Shown piece after piece: positions 1 to 10,789 of a DNA stretch of 64,000 bases. The stretch lies in NCBI GenBank assembly GCA_039588295.1, contig JBDHAB010000004.1, positions 143,006 to 207,005 of the forward strand. The letters run 5' to 3'. The notes below the pieces were generated by a model. The model was given only the letters and a program-made list of their open reading frames with translations, did not search any database and was not told the DNA's origin. This DNA is from Gemmatimonadota bacterium (GTDB lineage Bacteria; Gemmatimonadota; Gemmatimonadetes; Gemmatimonadales; GWC2-71-9). Position 1 is the first letter of the stretch; every line of letters begins with the position of its first letter. Both the position numbers and the translations under genes were made by a program.

Positions 1-441
1 GTTGAAGACGATGGCTGGCGCTGGGCGGTTGGGGCCGTCGTGACGCGGGTGCCGCAGTGGGTGTTCAACGCCACGTATCACGTGGAGCCCGCGCCCGGTG
101 CGTCGTCGCTGGGGTTTGACGCGAGCGCGATGTTCATGGCGCTGGACAACGTCACGATTCGAGCACGTGGCGGGTACCTCAAGCGACCCCTCGAGTATCG
201 GATCAACGATGCGAAGGTGTGGACCTACGGCTTGCGTGCCGACGTCCGGCCGGTCCCCGGCATTTCGCTCAACGCCGAGGTGCTGCGCTACGATGAAACC
301 CGGCAGGGTCTGAGCGCAACCGAAGTGGCGTTTGATCAGTTCCGGATTCACCTTAGTGCAACGCTCACGTTCGGGTCGGGAGCGGACAGGCCTGGTCTCC
401 ACCCCTCGATTCTCCGCATGCCGGAACGGAGGCCGCAATGA
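1..441 (+). CDS. C-terminal part of a probable outer-membrane beta-barrel protein associated with multiheme cytochromes (5' end outside the window)
   Basis: Frame is open from base 1 (VEDDGWRWAVGAVVTR...). Alternating amphipathic beta-strand pattern (WTYGLRADVR, FRIHLSATLTF). Stop overlaps the next ATG (ATGA). Confidence 0.55.
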   Translation, partial: VEDDGWRWAVGAVVTRVPQWVFNATYHVEPAPGASSLGFDASAMFMALDNVTIRARGGYLKRPLEYRINDAKVWTYGLRADVRPVPGISLNAEVLRYDETRQGLSATEVAFDQFRIHLSATLTFGSGADRPGLHPSILRMPERRPQ

Positions 442-1349
442 AGACGACGATGACGGTCGCCGCCGCCACCGTGATGGTGACCGTTCTGGGAGCTGGCGCG
501 GCCACGAACGCCTCCCGACTGGAGACGAACCGACAGTTCGATCATACGAAGCACTCGGGCTTCGACTGCACCGCGTGCCATACCGATGTTGCGCGAGGGC
601 AGTTCTATCCGGAGCCGTCGTTCTGCGCGGCGTGCCACGACGGGCGTGTACAGCCAGAGATCGACTGGGCGCCTCCGACTCCAGGGTCGAGGGCCAACCT
701 ACGCTTCCAACATGCGCCGCATGTTAGGGCAGTCGAGTGCGGGACGTGCCACGCGCAAGGGGGCCAGCGCACCGCAGCGGAGGTGTGCCTGGGCTGTCAC
801 GGCATCGCGGAACACCAGGCGGCCGATTCGCCGTGCACGCTCTGCCACGTGCAGCCACCAGCGCCGGCGTCGCACGAGGGCGGCTTCCGCGAGCGACACC
901 GTGTGCAAGCGGCGGCCACACCGGAAACCTGCGCCACCTGCCACGTGCGGTCCGACTGTCTCGACTGCCACCGGCCCGGCGCGGCCTCGCCCACGGGCGG
1001 GTATCATCCGGCGGATTACCTCGCGAGTCATCCCGTCGCGGCGTACTCGCAAGAGACCACGTGCGCCGACTGTCACAACGTCGGAGCGTTCTGCGCGACC
1101 TGTCACCAGCGAGCGGGGCTCACGATCACGGGCGTGACGGGTTCGGGCTATCACGACGGTACGGGATTCTTCGTTGGGGGCCACGGACAGGCGGCACGAC
1201 AAAGCCTGGAAAGCTGCGTGGCGTGTCACACCGAACAGGATTGCCTGAAGTGTCATGTCAATCTGAATCCACACGGACCCGACTTCGACGCACAAGCGCA
1301 ACGGGAGGCAGCGGCGGCCGTGTGCGCGGTATGTCACGGTGGCTTGTGA
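438..1349 (+). CDS. Secreted multiheme cytochrome c, 12 CxxCH motifs (cytochrome c3-like N-terminus)
   Basis: Signal peptide; CTACH, CAACH, CGTCH, CLGCH, CTLCH, CATCH, CLDCH, CADCH, CATCH, CVACH, CLKCH, CAVCH; FDHxxH and FQHxxH distal-His motifs. Confidence 0.92.
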   Translation: MKTTMTVAAATVMVTVLGAGAATNASRLETNRQFDHTKHSGFDCTACHTDVARGQFYPEPSFCAACHDGRVQPEIDWAPPTPGSRANLRFQHAPHVRAVECGTCHAQGGQRTAAEVCLGCHGIAEHQAADSPCTLCHVQPPAPASHEGGFRERHRVQAAATPETCATCHVRSDCLDCHRPGAASPTGGYHPADYLASHPVAAYSQETTCADCHNVGAFCATCHQRAGLTITGVTGSGYHDGTGFFVGGHGQAARQSLESCVACHTEQDCLKCHVNLNPHGPDFDAQAQREAAAAVCAVCHGGL

Positions 1350-1473
1350 CGTACGTCACGTGCCGCGGCAAAGACGGAACGATTGCAGTACACTTCGGGT
1401 AAGACAAACGGGCACAGGTGTGGCTAATGCATCGGTGCCCGCGGTTCGTCCATACGAGAGGGAGGGAAAACGA

Positions 1474-1872
1474 ATGCGCTTCGTGAGATTCGTATCGGCT
1501 GCAGCTGTTGGCGGTCTGGGGCTCGTCCTCGCCACCGCGGCACACGCGCAGGCAGCCAAGCCCCCGGCGGTCAGTCATACGGTCGAGGGCCGCGCCCAGT
1601 GCTTGATGTGTCACAAGACAGGCGTCATGGAGGCGGTTCCCGACGCGCCGGCCAGTCACGTGGATCGTCCGAACGAAGCGTGCCTGTGGTGTCACGCGGC
1701 TGATGCGGCAATCCAGACCAAGGAAGCCAAGGCCATTACACATTCCTTGGAAGGCAAAGCCCAGTGCATGATGTGCCACAGTGGGAAGCTGGAGGGGATG
1801 CCGGCAGCGCCGGAGGACCACTCAGACAGAGACGTCAAGTACTGCACCCTCTGCCACACACCTCCAGCGTAA
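1474..1872 (+). CDS. Small periplasmic tetraheme cytochrome c made of two tandem NapB-like diheme repeats
   Basis: GGAGGG RBS before ATG 1474; signal ending AHA; CLMCH/CLWCH and CMMCH/CTLCH in two similar ~40-aa repeats. Confidence 0.88.
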   Translation: MRFVRFVSAAAVGGLGLVLATAAHAQAAKPPAVSHTVEGRAQCLMCHKTGVMEAVPDAPASHVDRPNEACLWCHAADAAIQTKEAKAITHSLEGKAQCMMCHSGKLEGMPAAPEDHSDRDVKYCTLCHTPPA

Positions 1873-1894
1873 GCGCGCTCCACGCAACGGTTGG

Positions 1895-1935
1895 CGGCCC
1901 CCGAGGTGGTTCAGAGCCTCGGGGGCCGTATTGTG
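1895..1935 (+). terminator. Probable intrinsic terminator
   Basis: 12-bp stem CGGCCCCCGAGG / CCTCGGGGGCCG followed by TATTGTG. Confidence 0.65.
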
Positions 1936-2010
1936 TGGGGCACCCTCGAGGCGTTGCATCAATGGTGCGATAGCACCATCATCTTCCATGTCGTTTGCGA
2001 GGGAGAAGCG

Positions 2011-2484
2011 ATGCCTAGGCTCAAGGAGGGTGTCGAGGAATTCCTGGCGCAGCGGAGGATCGCGGTGGCAGGCGTTCGACGCGCAAAGAGCGATGCGGCG
2101 AACTTGGTCTATCGCAAGCTCAAGAGCGCCGGGTACGAGGTATATCCGGTCAACCCCAATGCGACGGAAGTGGAGGCCGATCGCTGCTACCCGGATCTCG
2201 CCTCGATTCCCGAAGGGGTGGATGCCGTGGTGATCGCCACACGCCCGGAGGCGACTGAGCGCATCGTTCGTGAGTGCGCCGCCGTCGGCGTGCACCGGGC
2301 GTGGATACACCGATCGTTCGGAAAGGGTAGTGTGTCACCGGTGGCGGTGGAGTTCTGCCGACAGAACGGCATCCAGGTCATCGCCGGCGGCTGCCCCATG
2401 ATGTTCTGTGAACCGGTCGACGTCGCGCACAAATGCATGCGCTGGGTCCTCAACTTCACCGGCGGTCTGCCGAAGGAGACCTGA
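2011..2484 (+). CDS. CoA-binding protein (YccU-like)
   Basis: [36 protein letters not shown] motifs; ATG 2011 after GGAG. Confidence 0.88.
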   Translation: MPRLKEGVEEFLAQRRIAVAGVRRAKSDAANLVYRKLKSAGYEVYPVNPNATEVEADRCYPDLASIPEGVDAVVIATRPEATERIVRECAAVGVHRAWIHRSFGKGSVSPVAVEFCRQNGIQVIAGGCPMMFCEPVDVAHKCMRWVLNFTGGLPKET

Positions 2485-2966
2485 TGGTCGTACTCGAAAC
2501 CACATCCGGCGAAATCACCGTCGAGCTGTACCCGGAGCAGGCACCCGCCACGGTCGAGAACTTCCTCCAGTATGTCGACGACGGGTTCTTCGATGGGACG
2601 GTCTTCCACCGTGTGATCCCGGGGTTCATGGTCCAAGGCGGCGGCTTCAGCGAGACCATGTCGCAGAAACCGACGAGGCCGTCGGTCAAGAACGAAGCCG
2701 ACAACGGCCTCAAGAACGAGCGGGGCACCCTGGCGATGGCGCGCACTTCGGATATCAACAGTGCCACCTCGCAGTTCTTCATCAACCTCGTCCACAACAC
2801 GTTTCTGGATCACGGGGCGCGGGACTTCGGGTACGCCGTGTTCGGCAAGGTCGTTGACGGCATGGAGGCGGTCGATGCCATCGCCAAGGTCCGGACAGGA
2901 AACAAGGGCGGTCATCAGGACGTGCCCGTGGAGCCGGTGACCCTCAGGACCGCCCGGCGGAAATGA
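2484..2966 (+). CDS. ppiB: Cyclophilin-type peptidyl-prolyl cis-trans isomerase (PpiA/PpiB family)
   Basis: [40 protein letters not shown]; no signal peptide. Confidence 0.93.
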   Translation: MVVLETTSGEITVELYPEQAPATVENFLQYVDDGFFDGTVFHRVIPGFMVQGGGFSETMSQKPTRPSVKNEADNGLKNERGTLAMARTSDINSATSQFFINLVHNTFLDHGARDFGYAVFGKVVDGMEAVDAIAKVRTGNKGGHQDVPVEPVTLRTARRK

Positions 2967-3640
2967 CGAAGGCCAAGCTCACGCCGCTCACCGGATACGA
3001 AACGCTGTCGCAAGAGGAGATGCTGCGGCGGGCCAAAGCGTTCTATGAGGTTGCGCGGCGCCGTCGGACGGTCAGGCAGTTCTCTCCGCGTCCGGTGCCC
3101 CGCGACGTGATCGAGTACTGCCTTCGCGCCGCCGGCACGGCGCCCAGCGGCGCGAACCGCCAGCCCTGGCACTTCGTGGTGGTTGCCGACCCCACGGTGA
3201 AACGTCAGATCCGGGAGGCGGCGGAACGCGAGGAGCGGGAGTTCTACACCCATCGTGCTCCCCCCGATTGGCTGGAGGCGCTAGCGCCCCTCGGCACTGA
3301 TGAGCACAAGCCGTTCCTCGAGACGGCGCCCTACCTGATCGCGGTGTTCGGCGAGCGTTACCAGGTGGGGGCTGACGGCCGGAAGCTGACCAACTACTAC
3401 GTAACCGAGTCAGTCGGGCTGGCGGCCGGCGTACTCATCACCGCGCTCCATCAGGCGGGCCTTGCGTCTCTCACGCATACTCCCAGCCCGATGGGGTTCC
3501 TCAACCAGATCCTGGGGCGGCCGGAGCGCGAGCGGCCGTTCCTGCTGCTCGTGGTGGGGTCTCCGGCTGAGGATGCGACGGTACCGGCCATCACCAGGAA
3601 GCCGCTCAATGCCATCACAACGTTCGTAGGGGAGACGTAG
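2963..3640 (+). CDS. Nitroreductase-family flavoprotein, iodotyrosine deiodinase-like
   Basis: [57 protein letters not shown]. Confidence 0.88.
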   Translation: MTKAKLTPLTGYETLSQEEMLRRAKAFYEVARRRRTVRQFSPRPVPRDVIEYCLRAAGTAPSGANRQPWHFVVVADPTVKRQIREAAEREEREFYTHRAPPDWLEALAPLGTDEHKPFLETAPYLIAVFGERYQVGADGRKLTNYYVTESVGLAAGVLITALHQAGLASLTHTPSPMGFLNQILGRPERERPFLLLVVGSPAEDATVPAITRKPLNAITTFVGET

Positions 3641-3739
3641 ACACCCCGAGAGCGTACGCGGCGAGGCGGGCGAGCGCCGTGGCGGTGCCGCGAGCAGGAG
3701 TGCGACGAGGGGACGCCGTCGGGGAGCAGCGACTGGTGC

Positions 3740-6109
3740 TCAGTGAGCCACGGGGTCTCTACGCCAGACTCGCGACCTGCGATCGGACTTGGGTGGACCG
3801 CCGTCCTGATCGGAACGGCTGCGGACCGCGTCCAGCGTCTCGCGGACTTGTCTGGCGAGTGCCTCCGGGGTGAACGGCTTATGCAACAAGGTGTAGCCGG
3901 ACTCGACTATCCTGTGACCGAGGAGGGCGTCGTCGGAATAGCCAGACATGTACAACACTTCCGTTTCGCATCGGAGTGCTTTGACCTTTTCGGCTAGCTC
4001 CGGCCCGGACATCACCGGCATGACCACGTCAGTGAGCAGCAGGTCGATCTTCCCCTCATATCCGGCGACGAGCGATAGGGCGATGCCCGGGTCAGAGGCC
4101 GCGAGGACTTTGTAGCCGAAGCGCTCCAGGACCCTCTGGACGAGCTCCCGCAAGCAGTTTTCGTCTTCCGCGACGAGGATCGTTTCGGTGCCGCCGATGC
4201 AGACAGGCTCCGTGCAATCCGCGTCAGCGGCCTCCGTCCCCTCCTGCGCCAAGGGTAGGTAGACCGTGAAGGTCGTGCCCGCTCCAGGTTTGCTGCGGAC
4301 CGTGATGTTCCCCTGACTCTGGGAAACGATGCCGTACACCGTCGACAGGCCCAAGCCGGTTCCTTTGGCGGGCCCTTTCGTGGTGAAGAAGGGATCAAAG
4401 ATGCGTGCCTGGGTGGCTTCGTCCATGCCGACCCCGGTGTCGCTGACGGTGAGCATCACGTAACCGTCCGCTGTGGGTTCGAGACGTTCGCGCTTCGCGG
4501 ACGTCGCGTCCACGTTTGCAGTTCTGAGGGTCAGCGAGCCGCCTTGGGGCATGGCGTCGCGGGCGTTGACGACGAGGTTGACAAGTACCTGCTCGATTTG
4601 CCCAGGGTCGGCAACGATGCACTCGGGTGCCGCGTCGAGCTGGGTCGTGAATCCGATGTCTTCGCCGATCAGACGTCGCAGCATCTTGTCGATCCCGGTA
4701 ACGACCGCATTCAGATCGAGGACCTTGGGCTGAATCACCTGCTTGCGGCTGAATGTCAGGAGCTGACGGGTAAGCCCGGCGCCTCGCTGGACGCTCTGTT
4801 GGATCTGCTCGATGTCTTCGTGCGCTGGGTCGTTGCCATCGAGGTTCAACGAGAGAAGCTCGGAGTAGCCGCTGATCGCCGTCAGCAGGTTGTTGAAGTC
4901 GTGGGCCACACCGCCAGCCAGTCGCCCGATCGCTTCCATCTTCTGGGCTTGGCGCAGCTGATCCTCGCTCTCACGGAGCGCCTGTTCTGCTCGGTGCCGG
5001 TCGCTGATGTCGACGTAGTAGTGGATCAGCCGGGTCACCGTGCCATCCTCGCCGAACATCGGACTGAAATAACAGATCAGGCGTCTCTCGGTTCCCTCTG
5101 CCCCAGGAACCGTTTCTTGGACGCTGACAAGCCCGCGCCGTTCTAGGCATTGCCGCATTGCTCCTCTCGTGCGGCCGCCGATACCTGAGTCGACACCCTT
5201 CTTCGACCAATAGTCCTCTGGACTCTTGCCGATGAGCCACTCGCGTTCACGTCGATCGGATATCGCTGCGGGATTGACGTAGAGGTAGCGGTAGTCGAGG
5301 TCGAGCACTCCCACCTCGGCTGGTATGCTGTCCAGTATTTGCTGCTGCTGGATGTTGACAAGCTTCATCTTTTGCTGAGCGGCCTGCACCCGCTCGACCA
5401 TTCGGTTGAACGACTTGGCCAACACACCGACCTCGTCCGTCGAGGAGATCGGTGCTCGTACCGAGAGATCACCCTCGGCGAGCCGCTCGGTCGCTCCCAC
5501 CATGGTCCTCAGCGGGCCTGTGACCAACCTGCTGACGATTAGGACCGCGAGCAATCCGCAGCAGAATACGAGCGCGCTCACGATCTGGACGGTCTGTTGC
5601 AGTCCCTGCGCCTTCGTCAATACCGCCTCCGTCGACATGGCAAGATAGATCGTGCCGATCTCGCGGCCGTCGAATCGGATGGCTCTCATGACTTGGTAGG
5701 CCTTGCGGTCGGGGGAAAGGCCCGACGCGGCCATGGCTCGAGTGGGGATGGTCAGCGCGACCACGTCGGAGCGTAGTGAGACGAGGATGCTGCCGGCGTT
5801 GTCGAACACCTCGATGTACATAACGTCTTCGTCCGCCAGAACGCCCTGTAGTGCCGCCTCAATGCTTCGCTGGTCCTCGAAGAGCACAGCCGACCGCACG
5901 TTGAACGCCGCCATCGTGCCAATGCCCTCAGCGCTGTGTGCGAGGGCCTGAATCGCCTCCCGCTCGAATGACGCCGGGAAGTAGAGATAGATGAACCCGG
6001 AGATGGCGCCGATGACCAACGTGAAGAGCCCGACGAGCTTGCCTTGAACCGTGACGAGCCTACGTCGGCGCGGAGCCGATGTGGGAGGCTGGGTCATCGT
6101 CGCCGGCAT
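3740..6109 (-). CDS. Hybrid sensor histidine kinase (2 TM, periplasmic sensor, HAMP, PAS, HisKA, HATPase, REC)
   Basis: [22 protein letters not shown]-box, [20 protein letters not shown], receiver LLLTDVVMP. Confidence 0.95.
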   Translation of the reverse strand: MPATMTQPPTSAPRRRRLVTVQGKLVGLFTLVIGAISGFIYLYFPASFEREAIQALAHSAEGIGTMAAFNVRSAVLFEDQRSIEAALQGVLADEDVMYIEVFDNAGSILVSLRSDVVALTIPTRAMAASGLSPDRKAYQVMRAIRFDGREIGTIYLAMSTEAVLTKAQGLQQTVQIVSALVFCCGLLAVLIVSRLVTGPLRTMVGATERLAEGDLSVRAPISSTDEVGVLAKSFNRMVERVQAAQQKMKLVNIQQQQILDSIPAEVGVLDLDYRYLYVNPAAISDRREREWLIGKSPEDYWSKKGVDSGIGGRTRGAMRQCLERRGLVSVQETVPGAEGTERRLICYFSPMFGEDGTVTRLIHYYVDISDRHRAEQALRESEDQLRQAQKMEAIGRLAGGVAHDFNNLLTAISGYSELLSLNLDGNDPAHEDIEQIQQSVQRGAGLTRQLLTFSRKQVIQPKVLDLNAVVTGIDKMLRRLIGEDIGFTTQLDAAPECIVADPGQIEQVLVNLVVNARDAMPQGGSLTLRTANVDATSAKRERLEPTADGYVMLTVSDTGVGMDEATQARIFDPFFTTKGPAKGTGLGLSTVYGIVSQSQGNITVRSKPGAGTTFTVYLPLAQEGTEAADADCTEPVCIGGTETILVAEDENCLRELVQRVLERFGYKVLAASDPGIALSLVAGYEGKIDLLLTDVVMPVMSGPELAEKVKALRCETEVLYMSGYSDDALLGHRIVESGYTLLHKPFTPEALARQVRETLDAVRSRSDQDGGPPKSDRRSRVWRRDPVAH

Positions 6110-6112
6110 GAC

Positions 6113-6808
6113 CTACGAGTCCCCGGCAACGATCTGAGACAGCTTCAACAATTCGGAGCTGAAGTCCGCGCCTTCGGCGTTGGCGCCGTCCAGATTGATC
6201 AGGATCTTGGGTCGACCGGCCTCGGAGCCGATCCCGACGGCAATACCGTTCGCGACGTACTCCGGAACGCCAGTGATCGTGAGGATGTGTCGCCGCCGGC
6301 TGAGGTTCGCGAGGGCACCAATGCTCACGGCGCGGAGTGGTGCGATGTAGAGCACGTCCAGGTCGTGCTCCACCGCTGCCTCCGCCAGGCGTGCTGTGTC
6401 GCGGAACGCGAGCGGTACGCAACGGACGGGAAGTCCGGTGATCTCCGTTCCGATACCGCTGCGATGCGCCTCGAGGAAGGCATCCCGCGCGTTGAGCGAC
6501 GATCGGAACTGGTCCTGATAGACGATGCCGATGACGATCTCGTCGCCCACCCGGCTCTTGAGCTCATGATCGAAGCTCAGGATTCTGGAGGCCAAGGAGA
6601 TCTGGAGGTCGACTGGGACGGGCATGTCCTGAGCCCATGCCAGCGTTGGGGCGACTACTAGAGCACAAAGCGCAAGCCACCGTCCCCTGCATCCGATGGC
6701 CCCCCCGAGTGCGGACGGTGGCTTGGATGGCCGAGGTCTCCTCGTGTCGCTAACCTTCGGGACGCAACCGCCCGATGTGCTGCGCATGAACCGTTCGTCG
6801 GAACGCAT
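6113..6808 (-). CDS. YfiR/HmsC (DUF4154)-family periplasmic regulator
   Basis: Hydrophobic signal; ILSFD, ILTIT...GIAVGI...KILINLDGANAEGADFSSELLKLS; lies between a TonB receptor and a kinase. Start is uncertain (6808 or 6787). Confidence 0.8.
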   Translation of the reverse strand: MRSDERFMRSTSGGCVPKVSDTRRPRPSKPPSALGGAIGCRGRWLALCALVVAPTLAWAQDMPVPVDLQISLASRILSFDHELKSRVGDEIVIGIVYQDQFRSSLNARDAFLEAHRSGIGTEITGLPVRCVPLAFRDTARLAEAAVEHDLDVLYIAPLRAVSIGALANLSRRRHILTITGVPEYVANGIAVGIGSEAGRPKILINLDGANAEGADFSSELLKLSQIVAGDS

Positions 6809-6819
6809 TGGCGGCCGAC

Positions 6820-8805
6820 TTACATCTTGGCGGTCAGAGACAGTCGGTACGTGCGCCCGTTCTGGGGTATCCCGTTCTGGATGTGTTCCCACCCTCCCGG
6901 TGTTTCGTAATAGGCGTCGAAGACGTTACGGACAGAGAACGACGCCTTGAAATGCCTCAGCAGTTCTCTCGTCGAGATCGTGATGTTGGCGAGCCAAAAC
7001 GAGTCGGTCGTGGTTCCCCAAACGGTTCCGCGCTGATGGTCGTAGCTGATCTGGGCCGCGGCGGTGACCTTGTCGAAGAATTCGTACGTTGCGCCGACGC
7101 GGAGGAGATGTTTGGGGCAGTTGCTCAGAAGCTCGTCTGTGTCGGGGACTTTCGCATGCTGGAACGCGTAGCTCGCATACGCACTGACCCCGAATGGGAA
7201 ACGGGCGGTGAGCGCCGCTTCTGCCCCCAACGCGTTAACCTGCTCCACGTTCTCGAACGTTCCCAAATCGTCCGCCGGATCGACCGTTTCATCGATCAGA
7301 TCCTTGATGCGGTAGCTGTACAAGGAGACGCTCCCTGCCACCGCTCTGCTCACCCGCTGCTGCCAGAGCAGCTCCAGTGTGCGTATTCTCTCGGGCCTCA
7401 GATTGGGGTTGACCTTGAACCAATCCTCCTCCTCGTAGTGCGACTCGTAGCGGTGCGGGGCGCGGAACGCCTGACCGTACAGAAGTTTGATCGTGCTCGA
7501 CGGTGTCACGTGGTAGACTACGGCGCCGCGCGGCGAGACTGGTGTGCCTTGGTCTGAATACCGGTCGACTCGGATGCCGAGTGTGAGCGCGAGGGTCGAG
7601 GTGATCTGAGATTCGTTTTGCGCGAAGGCAGAGTAGGTGGTGAATGGCCAGTCGCCGGTAAACGCATCGCCTTCCTCGTTCCGCCACCGGTAGTCGGCCC
7701 GATGGTCGCGCCTGAGCTCCCCGCCGAAGATGATTCGGTGCGCTGGGCTCACGTCCCAGCGAAGCTGGGCCTCGCCTCCCGACCACCGACCGTCTGAGGC
7801 ATCGGCCCACATCCCTCCATCGGACGGCTCGTAGGGATAGAATCCGTCGTAGCTGTAGCGGTCGTGGTAGGCCCGGATTCGGACGTGTTTGTCGACGCCC
7901 AGATCGCGCTCGAATTTGAGCTCGGCATACGAGCGCTCGTCGATGGTCTCCGCAGCGTCGTCGTTGAAGTTCACCTCCCAAGGTGCGGTGGGGATGCCTT
8001 TCTTGCGCGATGTGCCGAGCAGTGCCAGCGTGAAACCCCGGTAGCCCACCTTCGCATGCACCCCGTAGTCCTGATCCCAGTCGAGGCCCTCGGAGACGCC
8101 GTTGTTCGTCACCGGATCGTCGAACTCCGCGAAGTAGAGATCCTGGCCGTTGGCGTCCCGCCAGGTCGCCATCACGGAGACGTCGACCCCGCCCGCGAAT
8201 TCACGGCCCATCAGCGCCGTGCCCTGGCGGTGGGTGAAGCTCCCGTACTCCGCCCTCGTGCTCACACCGTCAATGGACCCACCGCGTTTGGTGACCACGT
8301 TGATCACGGCGAGCATCGCGTTGCTGCCGTATAGTGCCGAACCTGGACCGCGGACGATCTCAACCCGTTCGAACATGTCCGTGCTGAGTCCGAGCGTGGT
8401 TTCCAGGAACGCGGACTCGTAGATGTTCTCGTTCATCGGGTGCCCATCGAGCAGCAGGAGAACACGGTTGTTGTAGTCCGTGGGCCGGCTGAAACCTCGT
8501 ACGCCGAGGTAGAAGTAGTTGCGGTCGTAGCTGGCGTAGAAACCGGGCTGATTCGCCAACGCCTCTCCCAAAGTGCCATAGCCGAAATGCTCGATCTCTT
8601 CGGCCGTGAGGACCGTGACGGCCGCGGGGGCCTCGCGCGTCGTTTGGTTGTACTTTGCCGCCGCGCTCACCCGAATGTTCAACAGCGAGTCGAGAGCCGA
8701 CAGGTCGGCCAGCGCCTCGGGTTCCTGTGCGCGTGCCGGCTCGGCAGGAATGGAGCCCCAGAAGATCATTGCTCCGAGAAGGGCGAGCAGGATTCTGTGG
8801 CGCAT
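6820..8805 (-). CDS. TonB-dependent outer-membrane receptor
   Basis: Signal peptide; plug motifs APAAVTVLTAEEI and ERVEIVRGPGSALYGSNA; C-terminal NVFD...GRTYRLSLTAKM. Confidence 0.93.
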   Translation of the reverse strand: MRHRILLALLGAMIFWGSIPAEPARAQEPEALADLSALDSLLNIRVSAAAKYNQTTREAPAAVTVLTAEEIEHFGYGTLGEALANQPGFYASYDRNYFYLGVRGFSRPTDYNNRVLLLLDGHPMNENIYESAFLETTLGLSTDMFERVEIVRGPGSALYGSNAMLAVINVVTKRGGSIDGVSTRAEYGSFTHRQGTALMGREFAGGVDVSVMATWRDANGQDLYFAEFDDPVTNNGVSEGLDWDQDYGVHAKVGYRGFTLALLGTSRKKGIPTAPWEVNFNDDAAETIDERSYAELKFERDLGVDKHVRIRAYHDRYSYDGFYPYEPSDGGMWADASDGRWSGGEAQLRWDVSPAHRIIFGGELRRDHRADYRWRNEEGDAFTGDWPFTTYSAFAQNESQITSTLALTLGIRVDRYSDQGTPVSPRGAVVYHVTPSSTIKLLYGQAFRAPHRYESHYEEEDWFKVNPNLRPERIRTLELLWQQRVSRAVAGSVSLYSYRIKDLIDETVDPADDLGTFENVEQVNALGAEAALTARFPFGVSAYASYAFQHAKVPDTDELLSNCPKHLLRVGATYEFFDKVTAAAQISYDHQRGTVWGTTTDSFWLANITISTRELLRHFKASFSVRNVFDAYYETPGGWEHIQNGIPQNGRTYRLSLTAKM

Positions 8806-9310
8806 GGGTGCCTCGGCGAAAAAGGGAGGTCGTTGTGGGTTAATCGCTGGAGGGGCAAATCATGGTGGCGTTCTTGAGATCAGCGATCCGACTCATCGGA
8901 CGCACCATGTTCGGTTGCCCCCAATCCGGATTCCTCTAAGAGGCAAACTGTGTGCGAGGTTCGCGGGCTTTGGTGACGCACCGCACACCCACACGCACGA
9001 CCGCTTCGGCGGGCGCGTGGCGGCGGTCGCATCGAGGCCTGCAACCCGGTGTCACCCTTAGGGTTGGAATGGTGGATCGGCGCCTGCGGCGTGACGCAAT
9101 GGCGCAGATCTTCACGCGTGTTTTCCCGTCATGGGCGTCGTGGTCTTGCGGCCACTCATGGAGGGCTGGGGAAAGCCGCCGGATTCTGCCACTCTGGGTT
9201 GCATGCTTCAACCCGCCGCGGCCACCGTCCCGGCCATCCCGCGGAAGCTGCTGGACGCCATTGCCGGTTTCTTGGACGTCGGCAGGGCTCCCGGCGAGCC
9301 CCAACATTCC

Positions 9311-9363
9311 TAAAGGATCCTTAATATAATAAACTAAATATTACAATAATACTATGCTACATT
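9311..9363 (+). promoter_or_regulatory. AT-rich promoter/operator tract upstream of the sqr operon
   Basis: TTAATATAATAAACTAAATATTACAATAATACTATGCT in a GC-rich background; contains TATAAT, TACAAT and TATGCT hexamers. Confidence 0.55.
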
Positions 9364-9433
9364 GCTCGTCGGTTGCCAGCCGGCAGCGCCGCTGTCGCCA
9401 GGCAGGAGACAATATGGAAAGGGGGGCAGCGCT

Positions 9434-10765
9434 GTGAAGCGCATGGTAATTCTCGGTGCGGGCACCGCAGGCACGATCATGGCGAACCGCCTGCGGAAAC
9501 TCTACAAGCGACAGATCCGCGCCGGAGAGATGAGCATCTCGATTGTCGATCAAGACAATCAGCACGTCTATCAGCCGGGTCTGCTGTTCGTTCCCTTCCA
9601 GACCTACACGCCCGAGGATACGGTCGAGCCGCGGAGACACCACATCCACGAGGAGGTGGACTATGTCACGGGCGAGATCGATCGGGTAGCGCCCGATGAG
9701 GATCGTGTCTACCTGAGCGACGGTCGCACGCTCGACTACGACATTCTGATCCTAGCGACGGGCACGCGGGTCGTTCCCGAAGAGACCGAGGGGCTCACGG
9801 GCGAGGGCTGGCACGAGAAGATGTTCGAGTTCTACACACTCGAGGGCGCGACGGCGCTCGCCGACGCGCTCGACACGTGGGAAGGTGGACGCCTGGTTCT
9901 CAATATTGTTGACCTCCCCATCAAATGCCCGATTGCGCCGCTCGAGTTCGTGTTCCTCGCGGACGACTACTTCACCAAGAGGGGCATGCGCGACCGTGTG
10001 CAGATCACGCTCGTGACGCCGATGGACGGTGCCTTCACCCGTCCGCTGGCCGCAAAGGCGTTCGGTGACCTCTTGGGGGAGAAACGCATCGAGTTGGTCA
10101 CCGAATTCAACACCGGTGAGGTCGACGGCCCCAATGGCAAGCTGATGTCGTGGGACGAGCGCACGGTCGACTTCGACCTGCTGGTGAGCGTTCCGTTGCA
10201 CCTGGGTGCCGCCTACATCGGTCGCTCGCCCGGATTGGGTGACGACATGGACTTCGTGCGCACCGATCCGAACGCCCTGCAGGCGAATCGCAAGGACAAC
10301 ATCTTCGCGCTCGGGGATGCGACCAACGTCCCGACCTCGAAGGCCGGCTCGGTCGCGCACTTCCAGGCGGAGGTCCTCGAGGAGAACATCCGGCGGTTCG
10401 TGGCCGGTGAGGAGCTCGAGCCCGCATTCGACGGTCACGCCAACTGCTTCATCGAAACCGGGCACGACAAGGCCGTGCTCATCGATTTCAACTACGACGT
10501 CGAGCCGCTGCCAGGGAAGTTCCCGTTTGGGGGGGTCGGACCGCTGTCGTTGCTGAAAGAGACGCGGCGCAACCACTGGGGCAAGCTGGCGTTCAAATGG
10601 GTGTACTGGCACATGCTGATGCCGGGACGCGACCTCCCGGGGGTGACCACACGTCTCAGCATGCGTGGCAAGCGGCGCGGAGACCTGCCGAAACTGGAGC
10701 GGCACCCCGTGCAGGGTGGGGCGCCGGACACGGGAGCATCCAAAGAAGAGGCGCACGTCGCCTGA
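9434..10765 (+). CDS. sqr: Sulfide:quinone oxidoreductase (type III-like)
   Basis: GAGTAG FAD motif, HVYQPGLLF, IKCPIAPLEF, FALGDAT, HANCFIETG; GTG start inferred. Confidence 0.85.
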   Translation: MKRMVILGAGTAGTIMANRLRKLYKRQIRAGEMSISIVDQDNQHVYQPGLLFVPFQTYTPEDTVEPRRHHIHEEVDYVTGEIDRVAPDEDRVYLSDGRTLDYDILILATGTRVVPEETEGLTGEGWHEKMFEFYTLEGATALADALDTWEGGRLVLNIVDLPIKCPIAPLEFVFLADDYFTKRGMRDRVQITLVTPMDGAFTRPLAAKAFGDLLGEKRIELVTEFNTGEVDGPNGKLMSWDERTVDFDLLVSVPLHLGAAYIGRSPGLGDDMDFVRTDPNALQANRKDNIFALGDATNVPTSKAGSVAHFQAEVLEENIRRFVAGEELEPAFDGHANCFIETGHDKAVLIDFNYDVEPLPGKFPFGGVGPLSLLKETRRNHWGKLAFKWVYWHMLMPGRDLPGVTTRLSMRGKRRGDLPKLERHPVQGGAPDTGASKEEAHVA

Positions 10766-10789
10766 CACAGGCATGGAGGAGAAGAGGAG

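Noticed and set aside
8938..9000. GGCAAAC...GACGCA riboswitch-like words
   Set aside because: No GAAA-capped stem, and orientation and distance to a gene are not convincing.
8880..9330. Short ORFs between the TonB receptor and sqr
   Set aside because: Several overlapping frames, none with a recognisable domain or clear RBS.
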